Position numbers and translations under genes: made by a program. Below, in pieces: positions 38,141 to 47,137 of a stretch of DNA of 64,000 nucleotides (the stretch's first letter is position 1; each line of letters opens with the position of its first letter). The stretch is taken from positions 160,001 to 224,000 of the forward strand of contig CBDBHE010000007.1 of assembly GCA_965205605.1 (NCBI GenBank), given 5' to 3'. Origin of the DNA: Spirochaetota bacterium. GTDB taxonomy: Bacteria > Spirochaetota > UBA12135 > COTS27 > CBDBHE01. The notes beneath the pieces are model-generated. The model was not told the origin of the DNA. It did no database searches and saw only the letters and a list, made by a program, of their open reading frames with translations.

Positions 38141-38666
38141 GACACGACCTTTTTTTCCTTTAAATTCTTTGCTCCCATTAAAAGCTATCTAATAAAGCTA
38201 TCTAATCGGCTTGCCTCCCTGTTTGTTCAAACATAAGCATCGTTGGTCTTAGATTAGATGGCTTGCAGTTCCTCTAAAATGACGTTGATTTACTTACAAA
38301 TAAGTTCATTTTCGTCCCAATTCTAACAGTAGTATACACTTTTTTTATATTTTTTTCTTAAATTAATAAATTTTTTAGTTTGGTTTTTAAGGGAATAATT
38401 TCTAAATTATTATTATTTCGTTTTATTCTTTGTATTTCTACTATAATGAAGCAAGACAAAGCGGTTTGAAATAAACATAATTTAAATAAATCGACATAAT
38501 AGCTAGCGTGTATAAGAATTAGAAAATGATTTATTTTAATAAGCTAACGGATGTAATGTTTTTAAATCAAAGTAAAGGATATAGAGAAAAAAATTAGTAA
38601 CAATGATTCTCTCGATTGGCTGTAAGATTTTTTTTTAATTTAGCTTAAATCCAACGTCTAACCTTA

Positions 38667-41456
38667 ATGTCAGAGATTATCTCCAACCCTATTTCCTTTC
38701 AAATTATTATTTGGTTATTTACGTGTATTCTATTAGTATTTTTAATGCAAGGGGGTTTTCTTTTATTAGAAACAGGATTAGTTCGCTCTAAAAACAGTAT
38801 TAACGTTGCTACCAAGAATACGGTCGACTTCGTCATTGCGATGTTGATTTTTTGGATAGTTGGCTATGGTCTCTTTGTAGGCGAAAGCTTTTATGGTTTC
38901 TTTGGTACGAGCTACTTTTTATTTAGAGAAGTAGATAATTATAAAATGGTTTTACATTTTATTTATCAAAGCACTTTTTGTGCCACAGCAGTCACCATTG
39001 TTTCGGGAGCTTTGGCGGAAAGAATCTATTCTAATGCTTATATTAAAATAATATTTTTACTTACAATCTTTGCATATCCGGTGATGGCTCACTGGGTTTG
39101 GAATGAGGCAGGATGGCTTTATCTATTGGGATTTAAAGATTATGCAGGCTCGACTGTGGTGCATAGTGTTGGAGGTTGGGCATCTTTAATTTTCTTAATG
39201 CAGATAGGTTATAGAAAAGGCCGATTCGACAACCGACAATCAAAATTACAAGCGTCTAACATTCCTCTGGCATGTTTTGGCTGTTTTATCTTGTGGGTAG
39301 GATGGTTTGGTTTTAACGGTGGTGGTGCTAGTGATAATTTTAAAAACATTCCTTTGATTTTATTCAATACACATTTATCGGGAATTTTAGGGGGGGCAGG
39401 TGCATTAGCTATCTACATGTTACGCTATCGACATGTCGACCCTATTTCACTCATTATAGGAACTTTGTCAGGTTTAGTAGCCGTTACGGCTAGTTGTAAT
39501 TTAATGGACCCCTACAATGCGGCTATGATTAGTTTTATTTCTGGTGCTCTGTCTATGTTGGGAGTTTGGTTTTTTGAAAAATGTAAAATAGATGATCCTG
39601 TATCGGCAATAGCGGTTCACTTAATTGGAGGGGTTTGGGGAACTCTTGCCTTAGCCTTGTTTGGAGATACCGCTTTATTTCCAAATGATAATTCTCGCCT
39701 GTTACAACTAGGAATACAAGCCATAGGTGTTGGAGCGTGTGGCTTATTTACCATTATTATTTCCTACATTGGCTACAAAATATTTAATTTCTTTACCCCC
39801 ATGCGTGTAACAGAACAAGAAGAGGACACAGGTTTAAATATTACAGAACATAAAGTTTCTACAGAAATCTACGACTTTTATCGCGTGTTAAACCAACAAG
39901 CCGAAGAACAAGAAAATCATGTCGTCTATACAGAAATAGGAGCGCTCGCTAAAAATTATAAAAATAGACTAGAAAGAGATCTCAACGAAAAAACACAATC
40001 ACTACGTAATTTTTTACAATTAACCCAACAAGGATTTTTGTCCTTTGGCAACGATTTTAGTATCGACATTGGATACTCTGAAGAATGTAAAAAGATTTTT
40101 GAAATAGGAGAATTAGAAGGCATGCATTTTGGAAAACTTCTTTATTCCAACAATCAACTGAAAAAGAAAGACTGGATAAATAGCTTAAACTTATTTTTTC
40201 ATAGCAATAAAAAATCTAAAATTATTTTTAAATTACTAGACGATACGCTTCTTTGGGAAAAGGATACTCCCCAACAAAAAGAATTGCAACTTCAATACAA
40301 AGAAATCAGCGAAAAAAAAGTCTTATGTATCATCACTGATCTTACTGCTAAGAAAAAACTCGAAAAACAAGTACAATCTTCTACCGACTATCAAAAAAAA
40401 TTATTGAAAGTGGTTTGTAATAATCGATTTTTTGGTCAATTTTTTGACAACGCAAAAGATTTATTGCTTTTTTATAAAAAAAGTATCCAAGATGAGCAAT
40501 TTTTAGCCCAACCGAAAAACCTTTCTAACCTTTATTTACGCACTCACGATTTAAAAGCTAATATGGGATTTTTTGGTTTTGATAATAGCCTGCTTCAACT
40601 CCATGACATGGAAAGCATTGTACTTAATGTGATAGAAAAAAAAAGCCCTCTCAATAAACGCGTGTTTAATCAACAAGCAAAAAATATTGAAGCAACTTTC
40701 AACAAAGAAATGAATTTCTTTAAAAACTCTCTAGGCGAAGAGTGGTTTGAAAATTTTGACTCCTTAATCATTTCTACAGAAAATGTAAAAGCGTTACAAA
40801 AGCTAGTAAAAGATGCTTACCCTAAAGATAAAAAACTTTTTCAAAAAATATCTTTTCTCAAAATTAAACCTTTTATAAAACTGGTTAGTTCCCTGAAACA
40901 ACTAGCTCTGGACGTAGCCTATCAATTAGATAAAAAAATCAAACCTCTTTCTGTGAAAATCTCAAAGGATTTAGTCGTGTCAAATGAAATCGCTAAACCA
41001 TTGTTGCGTATTTTCCCTCATATTATTCGAAACATGGTAGATCACGGGATCGAAAAACCTGAAAATCGAATAGAATTGAGAAAAGAAATGCACGGACAGC
41101 TTACTTTTTCCGCCGAAGAACAAACTCTAGTAAACAACAATGAAAGCAGATCTTATTACTTATTTACCTTTTCAGATGATGGGAGAGGCATTGATTTAGA
41201 AAAAATCAAAGAACTTTCTATTAAACGTGGATTACTAAAAGAAAATAACAATCCACCTGATCCCAAAGTGCTAATCTCTCATATTTTTAATGAACGATTT
41301 TCTACCAAAGAAAAAGAAACCACCATCTCCGGTAGAGGAGTTGGACTCTCTAGCTTAAAAAAAGAAGTCTATAATCTACAAGGGAAAATTAGCATCAAAA
41401 CTAAACTTGGTCATGGGACTACTCTTTTTATTAAAATACCTCAACTCATTTTTTAG
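38667..41456 (+). CDS. ammonium transporter (Amt) fused to a PAS-like linker, Hpt and CheA-type HATPase
   Basis: Amt: LETGLVRSKN, IVSGALAER, DYAGSTVVH, GWFGFNGG, DDPVSAIAVH. Hpt: RTHDLKAN. Kinase: HIIRNMVDHGIE, DDGRGID, SGRGVGL. One 929-aa ORF. Confidence 0.93.
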   Translation: MSEIISNPISFQIIIWLFTCILLVFLMQGGFLLLETGLVRSKNSINVATKNTVDFVIAMLIFWIVGYGLFVGESFYGFFGTSYFLFREVDNYKMVLHFIYQSTFCATAVTIVSGALAERIYSNAYIKIIFLLTIFAYPVMAHWVWNEAGWLYLLGFKDYAGSTVVHSVGGWASLIFLMQIGYRKGRFDNRQSKLQASNIPLACFGCFILWVGWFGFNGGGASDNFKNIPLILFNTHLSGILGGAGALAIYMLRYRHVDPISLIIGTLSGLVAVTASCNLMDPYNAAMISFISGALSMLGVWFFEKCKIDDPVSAIAVHLIGGVWGTLALALFGDTALFPNDNSRLLQLGIQAIGVGACGLFTIIISYIGYKIFNFFTPMRVTEQEEDTGLNITEHKVSTEIYDFYRVLNQQAEEQENHVVYTEIGALAKNYKNRLERDLNEKTQSLRNFLQLTQQGFLSFGNDFSIDIGYSEECKKIFEIGELEGMHFGKLLYSNNQLKKKDWINSLNLFFHSNKKSKIIFKLLDDTLLWEKDTPQQKELQLQYKEISEKKVLCIITDLTAKKKLEKQVQSSTDYQKKLLKVVCNNRFFGQFFDNAKDLLLFYKKSIQDEQFLAQPKNLSNLYLRTHDLKANMGFFGFDNSLLQLHDMESIVLNVIEKKSPLNKRVFNQQAKNIEATFNKEMNFFKNSLGEEWFENFDSLIISTENVKALQKLVKDAYPKDKKLFQKISFLKIKPFIKLVSSLKQLALDVAYQLDKKIKPLSVKISKDLVVSNEIAKPLLRIFPHIIRNMVDHGIEKPENRIELRKEMHGQLTFSAEEQTLVNNNESRSYYLFTFSDDGRGIDLEKIKELSIKRGLLKENNNPPDPKVLISHIFNERFSTKEKETTISGRGVGLSSLKKEVYNLQGKISIKTKLGHGTTLFIKIPQLIF

Positions 41457-41465
41457 GAGAAAATA

Positions 41466-41951
41466 ATGATACAAGAAAACAACATCGATTACATTGCAAC
41501 ATTTATAAAAAGTAGTGCTTACATTTTTAAAGAAGAACTAAACATTCGAAAACTAAAGCGTAGAGATTTGTCTATTTCTCAAAAACCATATTTAAGCTTT
41601 CCTATTTTAGGCTTGATTGGGTTTTGGGGACAAAATTTAAAAGGACAAATTATTTATTCTGTGGCAATGCCTTTTGTGAAATGCATTACCGCCAAGATGC
41701 TACCGAATAAATTGCCCAATGATAGAAAAAAATTTGAGCATAGCTGTCTGGGAGAATTAATTAACATGATCTCAGGTCATGCAACGATTACTCTTGCCGG
41801 ACAAGATAGTATCATTCATATGACTCCCCCGGTGATTATCAATCAAGTGGAAAAATCCACAAAAATTGATTATTTAGATGCCAAAAACTTAGTGCTTTTA
41901 ATGGACTCATCGATTGGATCGATTGAAATAAATATTGGAATTAAAAACTAA
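41466..41951 (+). CDS. cheX: chemotaxis phosphatase CheX
   Basis: GLIGFWG.LKGQII, SCLGELINMISG (ExxN), MTPPVII. Confidence 0.88.
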   Translation: MIQENNIDYIATFIKSSAYIFKEELNIRKLKRRDLSISQKPYLSFPILGLIGFWGQNLKGQIIYSVAMPFVKCITAKMLPNKLPNDRKKFEHSCLGELINMISGHATITLAGQDSIIHMTPPVIINQVEKSTKIDYLDAKNLVLLMDSSIGSIEINIGIKN

Positions 41952-41953
41952 AG

Positions 41954-42310
41954 ATGAAAAAAATACTAGTTGTTGATGATTCGATGATGATGCGAGAACG
42001 CATTAAAGAGATTGTGACAAAATGTGGCGAGTTTACTATCACTGAAGCCGGTGACGGTGAGCAGGCAATTGCTCTTTATAAAGAAAATAAGCCCAATTTA
42101 GTGACCTTAGATATTTCCATGCCAGGAAAAAATGGCATAGAAGCTTTAACCGAAATCATGCAGATTGATACCAACGCTAATATAGTTATTATTAGTGCTG
42201 TAGCACAAAAGCAACTAATCATTCAGGCTATTTCTATTGGAGCAAAAGACTTTATTAACAAACCTTTTAACGAAGAAGAAGCGACAAACTTTATTAAAAG
42301 TCACCTATAA
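41954..42310 (+). CDS. cheY: single-domain response regulator, CheY-like
   Basis: ILVVDDS, LVTLDISMP, IISA, KPF; 118 aa with no output domain. Confidence 0.88.
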   Translation: MKKILVVDDSMMMRERIKEIVTKCGEFTITEAGDGEQAIALYKENKPNLVTLDISMPGKNGIEALTEIMQIDTNANIVIISAVAQKQLIIQAISIGAKDFINKPFNEEEATNFIKSHL

Positions 42311-42406
42311 AGAAAAGTACGATATCTTTTTTTTGAAAAAGTCAGGCAATATTTCCAGAAATAACCGTTTCTCAAATATCCCATTTCCGATTGTTTTCAT
42401 TTTTTA

Positions 42407-42748
42407 TTAAATGACTATTTTATTTAGAATAAAAACTAGTAAAGTTATTCCTATACTAAAACCAATACTCATTATTGCTAGTATCCATTTTCCAGACAAA
42501 TCTATTTTTGTTTCTATCCTTATTATGTCTTCTCTTAAAACACTTTCTACTTTATTTATCTCTTCTCTTAAATCGCTTTCTACTTTATTTATTTCTTCTT
42601 TTAAGAACCCTATCTCTTCTTTTAAGAACCCTATGTCTTCTTTTGTAGCAAGACCACTTTTGCCATTAATGGCTTCAGCAAGTTTGATGGCTTTTTTATT
42701 ACTAAAGCCTTGCTCTTCTAATATCTCTACGATTTCTAAGGTATCCAT
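42407..42748 (-). CDS. Bdr/DUF1640-like repeat protein, paralog of 34721-35098
   Basis: First 42 aa differ at one position; 7-aa and 11-aa repeats; different TM tail. Confidence 0.78.
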   Translation of the reverse strand: MDTLEIVEILEEQGFSNKKAIKLAEAINGKSGLATKEDIGFLKEEIGFLKEEINKVESDLREEINKVESVLREDIIRIETKIDLSGKWILAIMSIGFSIGITLLVFILNKIVI

Positions 42749-42760
42749 CTTTCTTCCTTT

Positions 42761-42804
42761 TTTTATCTATATAAAAGTATAGTATTTATATAGATAAAAG
42801 TAAA
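42761..42804 (-). promoter_or_regulatory. second copy of the operator/promoter
   Basis: TTTTATCTATATAAA-N9-TTTATATAGATAAAA; TTTACT-17-TATACT. Confidence 0.65.
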
Positions 42805-43720
42805 ACTTTTTTGAAGCTCTTTTTTTTGAAAATAATAAGAATTCCAATAATGATTATTTGTGCCTCAAGAATAGTTGGAAATGCCATAGAATATTTTCCC
42901 CTTTAGTAATAACTGTCTTTTTAGGACAAATAGAGCTTGCATGGGGCTTAAAGTGCCCTATAATAAATCAAAAACCGTTTTATTGGTTCTTCTTGATTTA
43001 ATTAATTGGTTTTCAACCCCCGAATTGACATTCCCAAGCCCTCTTTTTACAGCGGTGGAAAGCTCTATACTTGTTTTCCTATCAAAAATTTTTACGGTCT
43101 TAACGCCCTTAATAAATTCACCTTTCTTATCAGGATTTTCAATTTGTTATGAGATGGTTTTTTTTAATGTCTTTAACTTTTTTTAAAACACTCGTTAAAT
43201 TTTTATCAGAGGTTTTTAGATTTTTAAGGCTTTTTTTTAGAAGCTTTTTTGATATCAACTAAGTTTTTTTTTACCCCTTTATCCCTATCCCTTAAGGGAG
43301 TCCGCAAGTCCTCCCCCTTGATCTTGAAAACGACATCACCCTATAGAGATTGCCATTTTGTTTTTTTCCTTTCCTTTCTTGATTTGTAGCAATCTTCTAG
43401 TAAATCATTAAAGTCATATTTATCTTTTACAATATCTATTCCTTTGCTTTTTGCGATTTTCTTCATTGAGACGACATAAATCTTTTTACTTTTTTCATAA
43501 AATTTATTATGAAAACATTTGAAAAAAAAAAAACAGAAGAAGCAAGCATCAACAATGCCACCACTCACGTTTGCTTTGTGTCAAATCAAACTCTAGATGA
43601 GTTAGATCATAAAACAATTTGTTGAGTTGTATCAATGGTTGTGTGAAAAATAGGAAGCTTTAAAAAAAAGGGGGGTTGATGAATATAAAGCTGAAGATAG
43701 ATCTTTATTGTAAAAAATCA

Positions 43721-44239
43721 CTAAAACCTTTGATTGATATCAAACTCTTCTCTAGTGACATCCCCATTATCATCCTTAAACTCGAGGATGACTTTTTCAA
43801 TACTAAAATTTGTGTCCGTATCTGAGGAGTCCATTTTTGCCTCACGAAAGACAAATAAGCTGCTCTTTGCTCCAATATAATTACCACCCGCTGTAAAAAG
43901 ACTTTCACCACCGAGTTGAACATCCAGTATCTTATCAAAAACAAATGAACCCTTATTATCCATCAGGACCAAAGAGCTTAGATCTCTTTTTAGATTTAAT
44001 GTAATCTCATGAGAAAGCCGCAAAGAAGGACCATAATTTACGGCATTCCTAAAATTCGCGAGAATGCGGGGTTGTATAATTTCTAAATACTCCGCTAGTC
44101 TCATTGCTTCGGCTACGGAATCGGGCCCAGTCATTTTATCATCCTCACTACTAGTAGGATCCATGCAAGAAGTAGAATTCATACAAGAGACTAAAATCAA
44201 TAAACTTGTCATTAAAAAGATAGATGAATAATTTTTCAT
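43721..44239 (-). CDS. hypothetical lipoprotein (paralog of 58471-58929)
   Basis: GAGG RBS, lipobox LVSC. Confidence 0.7.
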   Translation of the reverse strand: MKNYSSIFLMTSLLILVSCMNSTSCMDPTSSEDDKMTGPDSVAEAMRLAEYLEIIQPRILANFRNAVNYGPSLRLSHEITLNLKRDLSSLVLMDNKGSFVFDKILDVQLGGESLFTAGGNYIGAKSSLFVFREAKMDSSDTDTNFSIEKVILEFKDDNGDVTREEFDINQRF

Positions 44240-44453
44240 GTTTTACCTCTTTCTTTCTTTTAAAAAAAGAGACGATACTGTAGTATACATCATTAATTTT
44301 TAAAAAAAAGAAGTCAGTTTGCTTCTTTATTTTTTAATTGAAGAAATTCATTAAAAATAGAGAAAAAACAAGAGAATTAAAGAGATAAATGATAATATTG
44401 ATGTTAAAATGAAACTATAGGTAAATATAGGTAGATTTTTATTTAATTACTCA

Positions 44454-45281
44454 ATGAAAAACCATTTTTTTTTATTCTCGCTTTTTCTAATAATGCTTCA
44501 ACTAATGCTTCAACAAATGGTCTTGGGAAGTGGAGCAAGAGGTTCTAAGCCTAACGAAGTTTATTTTCAGACATCTTATGTTCCTGCTATTACAACAGCC
44601 TATATTAATCCAGAAGGAGAGTTTGAAAGAAGCGACGTCGTATACACAAAGAACAACATAAAGTTATATTTGAGTTACGGACTTTTTCATGAGTCTCTTT
44701 CTCTTAATGTGAGTACAGGGTTTTTGGCTCATTCTCTTCATGGAGGGGATTCAACAGATGAAAGATCAGGCATCACGGATACCGTGATAGGATTGGATTA
44801 TCGCTTTTATCAGTTTGGAGCTCTGAGTTTTGCTCTTGGGTATGATATGGGGATTCCAACAGGTGCTTTCGAAGAAGGTAGTGAGCTTAGCCTAGGAGAT
44901 GACGAGTATGATTATGCTCCCAAACTTTACACCAGCTATTATGGATGGGATTTTGTTCTGTGGTACCGATTTAGGACAGAAGGTTATACAGAAGACCTAA
45001 ATGTGAAACTGCAATACGGTCATAGTCCTTTGAAGAAATTATGGCTTACTTATGGACTTTCAGCTCAGTTTCAATTGACGAGTCTAAATCAAAGCAAACT
45101 CACTAGGTATTTAGACTTTGGAGAAGGGGTTTCGTACTTCACCCCATTTTTGTCAGTATTGTATTCGATAAGCCCCAACTTTCACATAACGTTTAATTTT
45201 GCACCTGGGTCGCTTCCTGCCCTTAATCGAAATCAAGCCGGGATTACTTACTTTAGCCCCGGTGTTGCCATTACGTTTTAA
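44454..45281 (+). CDS. outer-membrane beta-barrel protein (MetA/phenol-degradation transporter-like)
   Basis: Signal peptide; YLSYGL, SGITD, IPTG, LGD.EYD motifs; terminal Phe. Confidence 0.65.
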   Translation: MKNHFFLFSLFLIMLQLMLQQMVLGSGARGSKPNEVYFQTSYVPAITTAYINPEGEFERSDVVYTKNNIKLYLSYGLFHESLSLNVSTGFLAHSLHGGDSTDERSGITDTVIGLDYRFYQFGALSFALGYDMGIPTGAFEEGSELSLGDDEYDYAPKLYTSYYGWDFVLWYRFRTEGYTEDLNVKLQYGHSPLKKLWLTYGLSAQFQLTSLNQSKLTRYLDFGEGVSYFTPFLSVLYSISPNFHITFNFAPGSLPALNRNQAGITYFSPGVAITF

Positions 45282-45698
45282 TTTTATAAGAATACTAAAT
45301 AAAAAAACTTAGAGGTGTGTTGTATACGCTTAGTTTTCCAAGAGAATTAGCTTCATCGTGATGAGGACAGACAAAAATTCTAATCTGTTTATCATTTACT
45401 TCTCTTTTAGGGATACCTTACCAGTGCCATTGTTTAAAAAATCCTTTACCGTGTAAAAGGCATTTTCTTTTAGTTGAAACATTTAATTTTCCCTTTTTAT
45501 TATTTTTATAAGGTGTTTATTTAACAAGCCTTTAAGTTCACGAGCGATTAATTGATAGGCCTTTTTGTCATTAAAAAACAAATTAATAGGTTTATTTTTA
45601 CGCTTTACATTGATTTCACCAATGAGAATTTCTTTTACATTTAATTTAATGTCTTGTGTTCCTGTACGATTATTGATTTGTTTTAACAAGTTTAGACA

Positions 45699-45802
45699 GT
45701 CATAGGCACTTAACAGAGTGCTTTATGATATAATAAAAAATACTTTCACTCAAACATGTTGTGATGGTCATAGGCACTTAACAGAATGCTTTATGATATA
45801 AT
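45699..45802 (+). CRISPR. type II-C mini-array: 2 repeats, 1 spacer
   Basis: GTCATAGGCACTTAACAGA(G/A)TGCTTTATGATATAAT at 45699-45734 and 45767-45802; 32-nt spacer at 45735-45766. Confidence 0.93.
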
Positions 45803-45803
45803 A

Positions 45804-45846
45804 GATCCTTTGAAAATTCCCTTAAATGGGTGTTTTCAAAGGAATC
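45804..45846. terminator. hairpin between the array and cas2 (leader or bidirectional terminator)
   Basis: GATCCTTTGAAAA...TTTTCAAAGGAATC inverted repeat. Confidence 0.5.
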
Positions 45847-45902
45847 GCTTCGAAAAAATTGTTTAAAAGTATTAATTAATAAAATAATTTCTCAAAAAAA
45901 AT

Positions 45903-46235
45903 TCAGAAAAAACACAGCTGCTTAGTTCCAAAAATCTCATTTTTACTAAAATCGCCTAAAAAAATTTTCATTTTTGAATACTGTTTATCGGTTATTTTTA
46001 ATGCTCGCACACTTCCCTTTCCTGGTAAAAATTTTTCTAAACGTTTCAAATGTTTTTCAGCCGATTCATTCCCTCGACATGGTCTTGCATAGATAGAAAA
46101 TTGTACCATGGTGTAACCATCTTTAATCAAATTTAAACGAAAACCACTTGCCCTTTTTCTTTCTAAATCCGTTCCCACAGGTAAATCAAACAAAACCATC
46201 ACCCACATAAATCGAATCTCCTCGTTAGCTGGCAT
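45903..46235 (-). CDS. cas2: Cas2 (type II)
   Basis: RFMWVMVLFDLP, DGYTMVQFSIYAR, ITDKQY. Confidence 0.95.
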   Translation of the reverse strand: MPANEEIRFMWVMVLFDLPVGTDLERKRASGFRLNLIKDGYTMVQFSIYARPCRGNESAEKHLKRLEKFLPGKGSVRALKITDKQYSKMKIFLGDFSKNEIFGTKQLCFF

Positions 46236-46238
46236 CGC

Positions 46239-47117
46239 TTAAAGCATCTTCACACAAATACAAGTCGTTTCATTTCGAATTGTTCTGTAAAAATATTCGG
46301 CAATTTTTTCGCACGCATTAATTAAAATTAAAGTTTCACCATTTAGATCACACGAAACTTGCAATACTTCCACAAGTTTTTGTCGATTTTTACGACTGAG
46401 TTCATTTTCATCTAACTGCGATTGCATCCCATAAACAAAACAATCCACAAAGGGTCTAAAAGGTTCGAAAAGATCGTCCACTAAATTAAAAGGATTAAGT
46501 TTGTTTTTGTGATGCACTCCAAGAGGTAAATAATATCCCGCTGCTGCCAAACTTCGTGCGAGTAGCGAACGAACAAGCGAGTAAACGTAGTTTAATGCTG
46601 CATTTTTTACGGTGTCTTCTGAGCGTATAAAATCTTTTCCAAAAAGAGCTTTCCAGTATCGTTTAGCTCCGATCGCTTCTAAATTTCCTTGGTCACCACT
46701 GGTTACTTTTTTGCTGAGCTTCAAAAGAAAATCTGCATCGCTGAGGTCAAGGAGTGATAAGACACAAGATTGATTGTAAAGTTTTGTTTTAACAATCTCT
46801 CGCCAAAGTTGTTTTTTTTGGGGAACGGTTAAGGCATTTTGCGCTTCGTAACTTTGAAGAGGACGAGAGTACCCTAAATAAGGAAGATAAAGCCCAGAAG
46901 GTAGATGATCTTTTGTACAAACCAGCAGCGGGACTTTGTTTTGGGCAAGCTCGCTCAATAAAGGCACTGTAAGACTAATCTGAGGATGATCGACTACCAC
47001 ACAGGCAAGGTCTTCGACTGCAAAAAAAAAACGGGTTTCTTTTTGAAAAATGCTTAGCTGTTTATTGTTTAGTCGCAAAGAAGAAGGGTTGGTTAAATGT
47101 AAAACACGCCATGCCAC
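46239..47117 (-). CDS. cas1: Cas1 (type II)
   Basis: MAWR start, SGD.GN.EA, NAALNY.Y, FNLVDDLFEPFRP. Confidence 0.95.
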   Translation of the reverse strand: MAWRVLHLTNPSSLRLNNKQLSIFQKETRFFFAVEDLACVVVDHPQISLTVPLLSELAQNKVPLLVCTKDHLPSGLYLPYLGYSRPLQSYEAQNALTVPQKKQLWREIVKTKLYNQSCVLSLLDLSDADFLLKLSKKVTSGDQGNLEAIGAKRYWKALFGKDFIRSEDTVKNAALNYVYSLVRSLLARSLAAAGYYLPLGVHHKNKLNPFNLVDDLFEPFRPFVDCFVYGMQSQLDENELSRKNRQKLVEVLQVSCDLNGETLILINACEKIAEYFYRTIRNETTCICVKML

Positions 47118-47137
47118 TTTTGACTTTTAATCCTAAG

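Noticed and set aside
38181-38265. AAAGCTATCTAAT tandem pair with an inverted copy, as a riboswitch or ncRNA
   Set aside because: No recognisable RNA family features; too short to support.
45735-45766. Self-targeting by the Cas9 spacer
   Set aside because: No match noticed in this window; a computed search is needed.
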